Of a stretch of 64,000 bases of DNA, positions 51,838 through 64,000 are shown piece by piece. Each line of letters starts with the position of its first letter. The first letter of the stretch is position 1. Below the pieces are notes generated by a model. The model did not search any database. It was not told the origin of the DNA and worked only from the letters and a program-made list of their open reading frames with translations. This DNA comes from Felis catus (Eukaryota): contig NC_058368.1 in the NCBI RefSeq assembly GCF_018350175.1, positions 56,236,001 to 56,300,000 on the forward strand, in the 5' to 3' direction. The translations under genes and the position numbers were made by a program.

Positions 51838-52084
51838 TGTTGTTGTGGTGGTGGTGGTGGTGGTGGTGGTGGTGGTGGTGGTGGTTTTAGTTTATTTATT
51901 TTTGAGAGAGAGACAGAAAGAGTGAGCAGGAGAGGGTCAGAGAAAGGGAGACAGAGAATCCCGAGCAAGCTCTGCACTGTCAGCACAGAGCCAGATGCAG
52001 GCCTCAAATTTACAAACCATGAGATCATGATCTGAGCCAAAACCAAGAGTTGCATGCTTAACCAACTGAGCCAACCAGGCGCCT
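51838..52084 (-). mobile_element. Can-SINE whose tail has become a (CCA)n/(CAA)n repeat
   Basis: SINE body 51886-52084; (TGT)n(GGT)n at about 51838-51885; CACATT on both flanks. Confidence 0.9.
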
Positions 52085-52738
52085 CACATTATTTGTTCTT
52101 TATTTAAGTTTTAAGAAAAATCTCTCAAAACTCATGCCATATCTGCAAATCTCAAAAATGAATATTCTTACATTTCACGTCTCAACTGAATTACTGTTTC
52201 TACGTACATGTCTGCCATTAGGTCCACAAAAGTTTTTTTGTTTTGTTTTGTTTTTTGTTTTTCTTTCCTATTATAGGAGACCTAGCATAGAAATGATATT
52301 ATCAGTCAGGCACTAAATATACAAGCTTAAGACTAGATTAACATTAAATTAATGATTGAAAGCCAATGATTTTCTTTTTATTTTATTTATTTTTCCTATT
52401 AGCAATATTTATTTTTATTCCTGGAATACAGAGTTTTTGAGAACTTAAAGTATTTCTTTAAAGTGCAGCACTATAATTGTTAGCCGAAGTTACTATTTGA
52501 GATTTTTAAATATATAATTATATTGTCAAGTTATTGTAAATAATATTTCCTATTTTGTATCCATGGTAACCCTAGAGATCTGGGAAGATCTATATTCATT
52601 TAATGGAAAACAAGCATATTGCCAGACTCTTGGAGCTATACATGTGCTGTTTTAATAGGACTTTAATAGCTTATTTATCTTCTTCATGATAGGTTAAATT
52701 AAATTGATAAAGATTTTAAATCCAAAGCAAAGAGCTTT

Positions 52739-52967
52739 TTTTTTTAATGTTTATTTATTTTTGACAGAGAGAGACAGAGAGACAGAGACAGAGAGTGAGT
52801 GGGGGAGCAGGAAAGGCAGAGAAAGAGGGAGACACAGAATCTGAAGCAGGCTCCAGGCTCTGAGCTGTCAGCACAGAGCCCAACGCGGGTCTTGAACCCA
52901 CAGACAGTGAGATCATGACCTGAGCCGAAGTCAGATGCCCAACCAACTGAGCCACCCAGGTGCCCCT
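52739..52967 (-). mobile_element. Can-SINE
   Basis: TSD AAAGCAAAGAGCTTT at 52724-52738 and 52968-52982. Confidence 0.95.
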
Positions 52968-53764
52968 AAAGCAAAGAGCTTTAAAAGAAAGAGTTTATAT
53001 TCATGATAGACACAGAAAATCTTACATGCTGTTATTCCCCAACTCTTTATAATTCCAATGAAAAACTGCGGCTGAATTCAATACCTTGAAATATGAGTAC
53101 TTCTAAACATATAGATGCACCAAAAACAAAGAAAACCAAACAAAAATCCAGCAATCTGACATAGAGACCATTAGATGTTACCTTCTTAAGTACAATAATA
53201 TTAGAAAAATAGTTCTCAGAATGAAGTATTGCCTGATAGCAAAGATGTGATTTCAAGTAGTAACTACACTGGAGTAGAAAACAAGACCAAAGATTTTACA
53301 GCTGTAATGATGGTTTTGCAACTTATTTTCTGTGTGAAGTTTCTTTGAGGCTTTGGTAGGACCATATCCAGTTTAATTTGGCATTCAAGTACACCAAATT
53401 TCTTAGGTGAGATGACAGGACTTTAAACCACATAAAAATAAGACCAATTCTAATATCTGTGTATACTTTAATGAGAATAATTTTTAAGGAAAATTAGATA
53501 GAATTCTTCAGTGACTGCTCAATATAAATTCACATTTTAATCCTATTCTACCTTTCTTATCTCTTAATACATTTTCTCAATTTATTGCTAAATAAAATAG
53601 ATGTATACAAGCAGTAAAGAACTTTCTCATCATTCCTAAGGTTAATAAAATTGTATGTGGGAATGAAAACATTCAAAAAAGAACACTTAAGAAGGCAACA
53701 TTGAAGCAGTAAATTAATAATGCCTGTCTGATGAGAGGAGAGGTTGGCATTTATAAGAATTAAA

Positions 53765-53985
53765 ATGATAATAAATGAGAAATTATTGCGGATTTACTAT
53801 ATGATAGGCACATTCTGGCTGGGTACTTAGGCATTGCACATGTGTTACCTGGTCATTCCTTCAAATTCTATGAACCAGACACTATTTTATCCTCATTTTA
53901 TGAAAACATAGAGAAGTTGTTTAAATTGTCTATTATTACCATAGCTAATACACATGGGAACTAAACTATCCAACTAGATGTACTG
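53765..53985 (-). mobile_element. MIR fragment
   Basis: TTTACTATATGATAGGCAC...ACTATTTTATCCTCATTTTATGAAAACATAGAG. Confidence 0.7.
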
Positions 53986-54380
53986 TAAGATACATATATT
54001 AATAAGAGGGAAAATTTGCATGAATCATTACATTGATGGGGTATTTTAATTTTTTAATCCATTGGAGCTAAGAAGGTAAGAGCCCAATGAACATGTACAT
54101 TTCCCTACAAATAATCATTCAACATAGATCAATTCTAATATGAAAATGGGATTTTTTCGGTTTTGCTATTTGCTGAATATTTGCTGAGTTATTAAAATGT
54201 AGCCTTGAAAAGTTTTCTGTACTATTATGTTGAGTACTTATAATAAATAAGGACAAAAATCTGTTTAGCACAACACTATTCCAAAACCTGTTACCAATTA
54301 AAAAAAAAAAAGTTATAACAGCTGCATGCTAAAACTTGTGACCCAAGGCTCCCACAGATCTAAAATGAAGATTATTAAAA

Positions 54381-54534
54381 GGGGCGCCTGAATGTCTCAG
54401 TCAGTTAAGTGTCAGCCTTCGGCTCAGGTCATGAGCTCATGGTTTGCAAATTCAAGCCCTGCGTCAGGTTCTCTGCTGTCAGCACAGAACCCACTTCAGA
54501 TCCTCTGCCTCTTTCTCTCTCGGCCCCTCTCCCA

Positions 54535-54590
<56 letters not shown>

Positions 54591-54631
54591 TTTGTCTCTT
54601 AAAATAAATAAACATTAAAAAAACAGTAAAA
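54381..54631 (+). mobile_element. Can-SINE (first of a tandem pair)
   Basis: TSD TAAAATGAAGATTA(T/C)TAAAA at 54361-54380 and 54632-54651. Confidence 0.95.
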
Positions 54632-54654
54632 TAAAATGAAGATTACTAAAAAAC

Positions 54655-54882
54655 GAGGGTACACCTGGGTGTCTCAATTGATTAAGTGTCCTACTCTTGA
54701 TTTCAGCTCAGGTCATGATCTTATGGTTCCTGAGATGAAGCCCTGCATCACTCTGCACTGACAGCATGGAGCCTGCTTGGGATTCTCTATCTGCCTGTCC
54801 CCTGCTCTCTCTCTCTCTCTCTCTCTCAAAATAAATAAGTAAACTTTAAAAATGAATGAATGAATGAATGAATGAATGAATG
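54655..54882 (+). mobile_element. Can-SINE (second, older) with (ATGA)n tail
   Basis: Followed by a third target copy AAATGAGGATTACTGAAA at 54883-54900. Confidence 0.9.
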
Positions 54883-54999
54883 AAATGAGGATTACTGAAA
54901 GAAGTTGATGTTTGAGTTAAATTAGGATATCATCAGTTTTCTGAATAAATATATTTTCTTTTTGTCTCTGTCTCTCTCCCTTGCTTTCTTCCTCTCTCC

Positions 55000-55990
55000 C
55001 TGGAACACACACTATTAATTTATATTCTTTTACTATTTTTGTTTGTCTTTCTGCAGATTACAGCATGTGTTCTTGCTTCTCAAGATTTAATGTCACTTCA
55101 TATTTTTACATGCTTCTTAAAATTTGAAAGAAATTGGAGTACATAAACTTCATTCATCCCTCCAGATTTATGTTACTTTGACCTATATTTAATCCTACTA
55201 TATTTCGATTTACACAGTAATTTCCAATTAGATTTATTCTTTTCAGTGTTTTCATTCCTCTAAGTATCTCCAAGTTTTCATATTTTATGACTTTAGGTCT
55301 AAAAAATCACCTCGATACGGGGCGCCTGGGTGGCGCAGTCGGTTAAGCGTCCGACTTCAGCCAGGTCACGATCTCGCGGTCCTGTGAGTTCGAGCCCCGC
55401 GTCAGGCTCTGGGCTGATGGCTCGGAGCCTGGAGCCTGCTTCCGATTCTGTGTCTCCCTCTCTCTCTGCCCCTTCCCCTGTTCATGTTCTGTCTCTCTCT
55501 GTCCCAAAAATAAATAAAAACGTTAAAAAAAGAATTAAAAAAAAATCACCTCAATAGAAATCAGGCTTGTTAGACAAATCTCTTATATCTTCTCTTATAT
55601 CTTATTTATTACTTATTTGACAATGTGTTTATTTTTCTCATTTTGAATATTTTTACTTCCTAGAGAATGTAAAGTTGGAACTATGTTCATGTAGGATTAT
55701 GGATATACTATTTTATTGATTTCTAACAACCATTGGTTTTTGAAGAACTTTGATAGCAAAGTAATTTATATTATTTCTCAGGATTCCTTAAGATTTTCCC
55801 ATCTCTGCTTTCTAGCAATTTTACCATGATGTGTCCGGGTAGGTGTTTTATTTTGCATTTTGTTGCTCAGTGTTTATACAACTCTTTGAATTTGTGGATG
55901 TATGTCTTCATCAGTTCAGGGATATTATTAGCTATTATCTCTTCAGATAGGCTGCCTCATCCTCACCTCTCTTTCTGGCAATTTAATTGC
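55000..55990 (-). mobile_element. Old L1 fragment
   Basis: AGCAATTTTACCATGATGTGTC...TTTGAATTTGTGGATG...GCTATTATCTCTTCA resembles antisense L1M 5'/ORF1 region. Confidence 0.55.
55319..55539 (+). mobile_element. Young feline SINEC_Fc-type Can-SINE
   Basis: CpG-rich near-consensus sequence; TSD AAAAAATCACCTC(G/A)ATA. Confidence 0.95.
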
Positions 55991-56421
55991 TAATTTTAGT
56001 GCTGTGTGGCTCTTCAAGGAGCTTATTTTGTGAAATGCACCTTATAATTTACTTGTGCTGCCATAGGATTCTGGACAAAAGAATAATATAAAAAAGGTCT
56101 TATTCATGACTTGTTTGTGTTTAAATCATTTATAAAGTTATATTTCCCATGAGTATATTTTAGAAAGAAAAAAAATACCCCAGCAGTTACTGTTCTACCA
56201 ATCTAAAGTAACAAGGAAATGAGGAAAGAAGAATGATAAAAATACAAATATGGTTATTAAAATAGTAGGTATTTTATACACTGGAAATAATTCAGAAAAT
56301 AAAATAGACATGTATTTTGCAGGAAAAAAAAGGTAGACTATACCTATTTCACACTAAGCCATATTTTATTTCACTTTTCATGAAACTAACAATCGGAAAA
56401 CAATCAAACATTTATTTACAT

Positions 56422-56807
56422 TGATATGTCCCGATTCGAGAGACCCCCTGAAAACAAACCACCAGATCCAGAGTCAAAGCCAAGCGGCAAGGGTCCTTTA
56501 TTGCAGGTTCCAACCCGGTCCTCCGCGCACTCGTTGCCGGTGGCACTAAGAGGCCCCGAGCAAGGATCTTACAGCTTCTTTTATAGACAGGCACAAACAA
56601 GTTAGGGATTTTTTTGAGGTTACAGAGCTGTTATTGGTTGACATTTAAATTTGAACGCTCAGCAGAACTTGTTTGGTTCCCGCCTTTATTTCAAACCACT
56701 CAGCAGAACTTGATTGGTTCCCGCCTTTAGGTCAGACTACAACAGGGCACGCAGGTCTTTTCTTTGCAGTTGTGAGTACACCTGGTAATTTTTCTCTTAG
56801 TCTCTCA
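56422..56807 (-). mobile_element. Young gammaretrovirus-type solo LTR (386 bp)
   Basis: TGA...TCA ends with a perfect 4-bp TSD ACAT (56418-56421, 56808-56811); minus-strand CCAAT boxes, TCTATAAAAG (56587-56578), AATAAA (56502-56497); CpGs retained. Confidence 0.9.
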
Positions 56808-56844
56808 ACATTTGCCTTTTTAAAGGGGAAATATTTGCAGATTC

Positions 56845-56960
56845 AGTACACTTACTTAAGCACCTATTGTGCAAAAGCACTGTGCCAGGTGTTAACCATA
56901 ATTTTTATATCTTCCACATTTCATTTCAATTGTTTTCTTAAGTCTCAGGCAAATCATAGG
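56845..56960 (-). mobile_element. MIR fragment
   Basis: ACTTACTTAAGCACCTATTGTGCAAAAGCACTGTGCCAGGTG. Confidence 0.6.
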
Positions 56961-57407
56961 ACGGAAATTTTAAAAGGGTCCTTGTGTTCTTTTACTACCA
57001 AAATAAATTATAATAGCAAGTGTCAAGCCAACTTCTACCCTCCTGGTAAAGAGATAATCACTCTGTTGCATATATCTGTCCTCACAACAGAGTGTCTCTC
57101 TATCTGCATAAACAAGGAGAGTTTACTTATCAGGGGTTTTTATCAAGTTTTTCTTTCAGTTATACAAGCAACAAAAACCACATCAGAGAAGGAAATAGCA
57201 ATTTATCTATTATCCTTCATTATGTCTCTGTAATTCTCTCCTATTGTCTCTCTAGTTGTTTAATTCAGAAACAATTTGTTATTTTTAATATTTTTTGTAT
57301 TTGGGGAAAAATCACTGTTTGGGGAAACAGTGATTGCATTACTGCCAAATTCCTTATTTTCTGTGTTAACAAAGTACATGGGATATGCGCCCATTAAATG
57401 ATATCTT

Positions 57408-58590
57408 GAGTAGACATTTCTCCAAAGAAGACATATAACTAACTGGTAAATAGATACATGAAAAGATGTTCAACATAACTAATAATCAGGGAAATGAAAA
57501 TCAAAACCACCATGAGAGAGAGAGAGAAACAAGTGTTGGCAAGGATGTGAAGAAACTGGAACCCCCCTGCACTGCTGGTGGCAATGTAAATTGCCACATG
57601 GGAAACAGTACGAAGATTCCTCCAAAATTAATAAAAGAAATTGCCATATGATCCAATAATTCTATATCTAGGTATATATTTAAAAGAACTGAAGTCGGAT
57701 TCTCGAAGAGTTATTTGCACCCCCATGTTTATTGCAGTATTATGCACAATAGCCAAGGCATGGAAATAACCTAAGTATGCATCAACAGATGAGTGCATAA
57801 AGAAGATATGAAATATATTTTACTTCAAAAATATTATTTAGCCATAAAAAAAGAAGGAAATCCTGCCACTTGCAACAAATGGATGGACCTGGAGGGTATT
57901 ATGCTAAGTGAAATAAATCAGACAGAAATAGGCAAATACTATTTAATATCATGTAGAATCAAAAAATTCCAAACTCATAGAAACAGAATTGGTGGTTGCC
58001 AGAGGTGGGCGGTGGGTGGGAATGGGTGAAGGTTGTCAAAAGGCACAAACTTCCAATTATAAGATTATTAAGTTTTTAGGATGTGATGTACAGCATGGTG
58101 ATTATAATTAACAATACTGTATTTGAAAGTTGCTAAGAGAGTAAATCTTAAAAGTTCAAGTCATAAGAAAAAATTATATGAAGTGATAGATGTACACTAA
58201 ACTTATTGTGGTGATTATTTTTCAATTTGTACATCTATCAAATCATATGTTGTACAGCTTAAACTAACACATATAACTGTTATCTGCTAATTTTATTTTA
58301 ATCATACTGAAAAGAAAGAAAATGTGATGTGTACATGCAATGAAATATTATTTAACCTTAAAAATAAAGTTCTTGCCCTATGCAATGACATCATTAACAC
58401 AGAGGACATTATACTAAGTGAAATGAGCCAGTCACAAATATCACGTGATTTTGCTTTTGTAAGGTATCTAAAATAGTAAAACTCACAGAAACAGAGAATA
58501 CAATGGTGGTTAACAGGAGCCAGGGAGGCGGAAGAGGGGAGTTGCCTTTCAGTCTAAAGTTTGAATTATGCAAGATGAGTAAGCTCTAGA
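57408..58590 (+). mobile_element. L1MA/MB-like 3' ends (two adjoining pieces)
   Basis: AGACATTTCTCCAAAGAAGACATA...TTGAAAGTTGCTAAGAGAGTAAATCTTAAAAGTTC; second 3' UTR piece 58315-58590. Confidence 0.85.
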
Positions 58591-58609
58591 GTCCCCCCCC
58601 CCAATTTAG

Positions 58610-59107
58610 TACAATAGCAGAAAGCTGCTTTCAAAGGAAAGAAGGACAAAAACAGGTAAACAGGACTTTAGACCACAGCAAGGCAAAGTTGTCCAAAGGG
58701 GAGCTAATTAGCAAAAGAAAGGTGCCTTGTTGACCCTGAGGTAGCAAGTTCTGGCTTTCTTTCAGCTAGGTCAGTTCAGGTAAACAGGTGGTGCCTCTGT
58801 CTGCTGTAACCAACCTTCAGCCAGGTACCAGGATTTTGTTTTGTATTGACCCAAGCTCCTAGTACTGCATGTCTTCAAAACCCCCTTTTCCTCACACCCA
58901 TGAGTTAATGCTCACGGTTTCATTGTCTCTTTGTGCATGTTCATCACGCTTATGCATGCTCATCAAGCCTTCTGATCCTAATAAAAATGGATCAAGGACC
59001 CTTCCTCTGGGCTCTTGTCTCCTCCCGGACATTAGCCTCTCTCATTTCAATCCTGAGTCTGCTATTTTGTTGGACAAGAGAGAACTCCAGATCCAGAGTC
59101 TATGACA
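58610..59107 (+). mobile_element. Probable ERV LTR
   Basis: GC-richer block, AATAAA at about 58980, ends ...CCAGAGTCTATGACA; interrupts the L1 3' UTR; 5' boundary uncertain. Confidence 0.5.
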
Positions 59108-60079
59108 AAGCTCCAAATTGCAATTATAGTCATCTGGAAGAGAAGAATATGTAGATTTATGACAAACACGATATAAAGTTCCCCTTCAAATTGGAAATAA
59201 ATGTTTCCAGATAGTTCTGTTTAGTATTGCCCATTTTGTTACCACTGCTAATGCCATGGTGAATCAAGATGCTTATCAGGTAGTGTGAAAGAAGATGATC
59301 TGAAGAGAAACTGCTTTTAAAATCTGCCTCTAGGCATACCTATTTTCATCCCTTGACAGCCACTCACCACAAGCCACTCACCTCAGTCAAGATGGGTAGT
59401 TCTTGATGAGTAATAATATGTTTTGGTCAACACTAAAAAGTAAAACACTTGACTTCGCTAAGTCAAAGCTAAGATGAGGCACAATTTTTATCCGTTTGTG
59501 GTTTAGAGTTTTGAAGAGAGAATGTAATTATTAAAAATTTATGCAAATAATTTGTATCTAGAATATTAGTGAAAATATGAAAGAAAACTTTTTGGGGACA
59601 TTAAGCTAAGCATTGTCAGTAGTTATTTTTAATACCTTAAGAATAATGGGACTTATGCTAATCAAAATATTTCATCTTTTATTTTGCATATTCCATTCGG
59701 AATTCTTTTGAAAAGATCCATGGAAACATTTCTCTGACCATTTAATGTGTAATTTTTTCAAATAATTTATGAAATAAAAGAATATCCTTACATTAATATG
59801 GTAATTTGTGTAGCTTTGGTAGCTGAAAAGGTAATTCAGGAAATAGAAACTGCAAAAGATAATACTGAGTCAGAACTGAAATAATTTTCTTTCTTATTTC
59901 TACTCTGTTTTTTATAATTAACATAATATTATAATACAATATAAATATTTGATCAACCTCATTTCTCTATATGCCCAAGAGTTTTCTCTATTCTAAGTAA
60001 TAGTGTTGAAGCCCTATCTATAATCTCAGACTATCTTCTAGCCTCCGCCAAAGTTTCAAATAGTCTCTTATTTGAGAAT

Positions 60080-60270
60080 AAGCCCAATTAAAATCTTGAC
60101 TGCAAACTTTGAGACACACTGCCAGAATTACTCAGTTAAACAGTTCCTCAATTCCTGACCTAGGAAAAACACACAAACAAACAAACAGACAAATAAATAA
60201 ATAAGTTTTTGTTATTTTAAATTGCTAAATTAAGAGATAATGTGTTATGCAGCAGTAGATAACTAAGATG
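60080..60270 (+). mobile_element. MLT1 LTR 3' part
   Basis: ATCTTGACTGCAAAC..TGAGAC...AATTCCTGACC...TGTTATGCAGCAGTAGATAACTAA. Confidence 0.75.
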
Positions 60271-61559
60271 CTCTAAGGTAGAATATGCTTTTTGCATATT
60301 ACGTTTTTTTCCAGCCACTTAGGGCTATTAAAGCTAATTCTAATATAGTATAAATCTACAATTATGTAGCACATTTAAAGCTTTGCTTTTATCCAATGTA
60401 GATTAAACTTTGGCTCAAGGAACTTGAAATTCCTCCATCTTCCATTTTCTAACACTAGTTCTTCTGGACACACATCCTTTGGATTGTAAGGTTTGTGAGG
60501 ATACAGTTTCCTTCTGATTTGTGGTTACTACTTTGCTAGCTTATGTTGATTGGCTGCACATATTTTCTGAGTAATAATCATCCCAAGGACATGCATCCAT
60601 GTTCTTGTCATGGATGCATATATGGGTTCATGGTGGGCACCTACAAAGATACCCAGCTGCCCAATTTGCTGATGTGGAGGACTTGGTGTTGACCCAGCCT
60701 CTTCTACCTCTAGCTTTCCAACCTCTGCTCCCACCAACAATGATCCTTATTCCCGACCTCTTTTTGCTGCAAACTCTTACCTGTTGAGAAGATTCTTTAT
60801 TTTGGGTATTACAATACTACTCAACTACATCTACTTTCCACAATGTTCATTTGATCCACAAGAAAATTATACACTTTCACTCACAATATGTGATATGACT
60901 GGGTCAACTTCTCTTCGTGATCTTCCCTTTCTGCAGTTTCATTACTTCCTTCTCTGAAATGAGCAAGACACCTTGTAGCAATAATAATATAAAATGAGAA
61001 AAGAAATATTTGCTTATGGTTCTTATGTGCACCCTTATTTTTCCCAAATAATTTTCCTGGAAAATCCCTTCTATTTATATAGGAAGACAACAATGAAACA
61101 CACTCCTTCCCGCTCTATTCGGTGAGAGAGCAACCTTTCAGAAAACATAGTACCCCTAAAATGTTGATGACAATTCCTCTTCCCTCTTACTCTTCTGAAA
61201 TGGTTGGGGACTTAGTGGTTTTCTTGAGTTCTTCTACTCTATTTTTAAAGGCCCTACGTTGGTGGATTGCTAGTTGCCACTTATGTTAAGAACATGGAAA
61301 GTTTTGGTGCCTTTTTTTCAATATAGTCTATAACTGCAATTTATTTGTGTTTAACAGCAAAATACAGAGTACATTGACATTTTCTTATTTTTTCTTTGCA
61401 TTTTTAATAATTGTGTGGGTTTGAGTAAGTCACTTTATGTCTCTGAAATTTAGTTTTCTCAAATGAGACACTTAAGTTGGACTAAAAGATTAATAGCTCT
61501 AACATTAATAGCTCTAACCATATATGGTATTGTCAATACCACTGTTACGACCTTAAATA

Positions 61560-62305
61560 TAGATGTATTTCTTTGAGTATATTCCAAGAGTGGAGTCAGA
61601 GACATAGGATAATTCTGTGTATAACTTTTTGAGAAAATGCCAAAATGTTTTCCATAGTGACTGAACCATAAGACATTCCTACCAACATTATAGGAGGGTT
61701 CCAAATTCTCCATGTCCTCACCAATACTTATTATTTTCCTTAAAAAACTATACCATCATAGTGGGTGTGAAGTAGATCTCATTGAGGTTTTGATTTCAAT
61801 TTATTTAATAACTAATATGATTGAACATCTTTCCATGTGCTTGATCGACATTTTATACCTTCTTTGGAGATGTATGTATTTAACAACTTGGCTCATTTTT
61901 TAAAATTGGGTTGCTCAGCTTTTTTGATGTTGAGTTGTGAGAGTGTTTTATATTTTGGATGCTACAGTCTTCTCAGACATATGATTTGTAATATTTTCTT
62001 TCATTCTATAGGTTATCATTTTACTTTCTTAGCTGATGTCATTGATGCACAAGTCTTTCATTTTGATGAATCCTACCTTTTCTATTTCTTTTTTGTTGCC
62101 TGTGTTTAGGTATCATGTGTAAAAATTCAATGCCAAATGTAAGGTCATGAAGATTTACTCCTACGTTTTCTCTAATTATTTCAGAACTTGCAGTATAATT
62201 TTGAATACCAAAGGTGAATTAGCATTCTGTCTTTTTTCTAAACTTCATGAGAAATCTTTCAGTGTTTAGCCATTGAATATGATGTTAGCTGTGGGTTCTT
62301 CATCA
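61560..62305 (-). mobile_element. Old L1 (L1MB-like) fragments
   Basis: CATTCCTACCAACATTATAGGAGGGTTCCAAATTCTCC...AAGGTCATGAAGATTTACTCCTA...ATGATGTTAGCTGTGGGT. Confidence 0.85.
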
Positions 62306-62636
62306 AATAATGTTATCATCATTATTTTGACCATTAACTTGCATCATCTATGGACTTAATCCATAGTTATGGTAAAGGGCAGAAGCAGAGACTAGGCTAA
62401 AGACTATGTATGCTTAGCAATGTGTTTGGTCTCAGGAACATCAATCACAATGTGTGACAAACTCATGTTCATTATGAACAACTGTAATACACTAAGGGAT
62501 TCTATGTAATTATCCTGAAAATAAAGAGTAAAAGAATAGATGTGTCTAAAGAGTACTGATCCCATGCATTGGGGCCATTTCCTTTGAAACATGGCTTTTT
62601 AAATTAGTGGCCATATCATAGACTTCCCAATAATTA

Positions 62637-63219
62637 GAGTCTATCCCCATTTTTTTGTGAATTCTATATTTGTGTATTTGCCTACTCTCTATAATATTTA
62701 TTTGTAACCCCTAAATCAATAGTCATTGTGCTTTGGCAGTCATTTGCCGATATGCACAGAACATGAAAAATTTGTATCACTTGATGGAGATGTTCCCTGC
62801 TTAGGTCAAATAAGCTAAGCTCTGCCTTCTTGTTTCAGCTCTCACAGAGATGACCAAAAATGGAGTTGATACAGAGCAGTGCAGTTTGGTGCAGGAAGCT
62901 CTCTGGCTCTGGGGCCAGTTGGATGGGGTTTGAAAAACAACTCTGGTCCAGGCTGCTAGTGGGGTTGTCTCGAGCAAGTCACTTCTCAACCCATTTTTCT
63001 TTCTTTCTTTTTTTTTTTTTAATAAAGAAAGTAGACTCTATGAGGATGTATTGTTTTATTAAGAATTGTTTATTGTTTATATTAAGAATACAATATGTGA
63101 CATATGCGTATATACCTACATGTATATATTTCCCAGAAGCAATAGTTCAATATTTGCTAATTCACTGTTCATGGTTATTTTGTAGAACCATACTACCACA
63201 AAAAGCAATAATCAATTGT
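62637..63219 (-). mobile_element. MER82/Tigger-type non-autonomous DNA transposon with an internal MIR-like segment
   Basis: Ends match recalled MER82 termini (TATTTGCCTACT...TTTGTAACCCC...CTGCCTTCTTGTTTCAGCTCTCA; GCAATAGTTCAATATTTGCTAATTCACTGTTC); middle 62875-63050 is MIR-like. Confidence 0.7.
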
Positions 63220-64000
63220 CTTTGTTTAATACATACTTAGTAAATGAATGGCTACTGTACATTGGATTGGTGTCCCTTTCAAAAGGGTTCTGATACTCAC
63301 TAAAATTTAAAGAAACATTTACTTAATGGGTTAAGATGCTATATGTAGAGTAGAAAACAAATGACATGGGAAGACAAGAAAATTAGAGAAAATCAAATAT
63401 AAATCCTAGCTTTGGGGAATAATGGATATATGCATTACTTTGATTATAGTGATAATTTTACAGTTTTATATCTATGTCAAAACATATAAAATTATACATT
63501 TTAAATGATAGTTTAATAGCACTGCTTATAAAAAGTAATCATAAGTCAAAGAGAAAAGTAGAAGAATAGGTTGCAAGATTGGGAACACATTGGAAGCAAG
63601 ATGAAATTAATTTCAAATAACTAGGTGCCAATAGAATTCAAAACTAAGACTATTTATAATAATGAATCATACTACTTTATTATCATGTTTACATAAAGAC
63701 CTTCTACTACACCTCCCAGGATGAAGCAATACCCTAATAAAATTTTTTGGCACCACTCATGAATGTGCTCACTGATGGACTCTTCACAAAAGTGAAGTGA
63801 CAGATCTGATTGATACAGATGATGAGAATATGATGTCAACTTGTTCACATTTCTACAATGAGTGTGCTTTTATTTTTTTTAAGACAATAGCTACTTCTTA
63901 TGCTCTGTTCTTCTTAACAACAGTAAGTTCTCTCACCTGCTTAGTCATTAATGCTACTTGTTGCTGATGATGAAAAAAAGTGGTTTTCCTATTCATTTTT

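Noticed and set aside
3947..55557. Recurrent MAQSVKRPTSAQV-type ORFs
   Set aside because: All are translations of Can-SINE heads
56673..57233. 186-aa ORF
   Set aside because: Runs antisense through an LTR, a MIR fragment and flank; non-ATG start; no motif

Overview
AT-rich, repeat-dense mammalian DNA from a carnivore, almost certainly a felid: it carries about 20 tRNA-derived Can-SINEs, including young SINEC_Fc-type copies, plus carnivore L1 3' ends. I recognise no host protein-coding exon, rRNA, tRNA or CRISPR. The listed ORFs are SINE/L1 read-through or chance ORFs, so the window reads as intergenic or deep intronic. The most notable element is a decayed, 5'-truncated provirus on the minus strand (about 22556 to 17180). 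It has class I-type RNase H-integrase, an env remnant, a purine tract and a MER34-like 3' LTR. The env has no visible gamma-type ISD or CX6CC. Its layout (short N-terminal subunit, long C-terminal subunit, 'H*WYGIFKG/LSP' before the membrane anchor) resembles env genes I recall from bird and reptile ERVs. Other items: a probable ancient RTE-clade LINE fossil (about 36690-37490), a young CpG-rich solo LTR with a duplicated enhancer (56422-56807), three twin-primed inverted L1s (two nested), and several multi-level insertion nests. Family names come from recalled consensus sequences, not from a database search.
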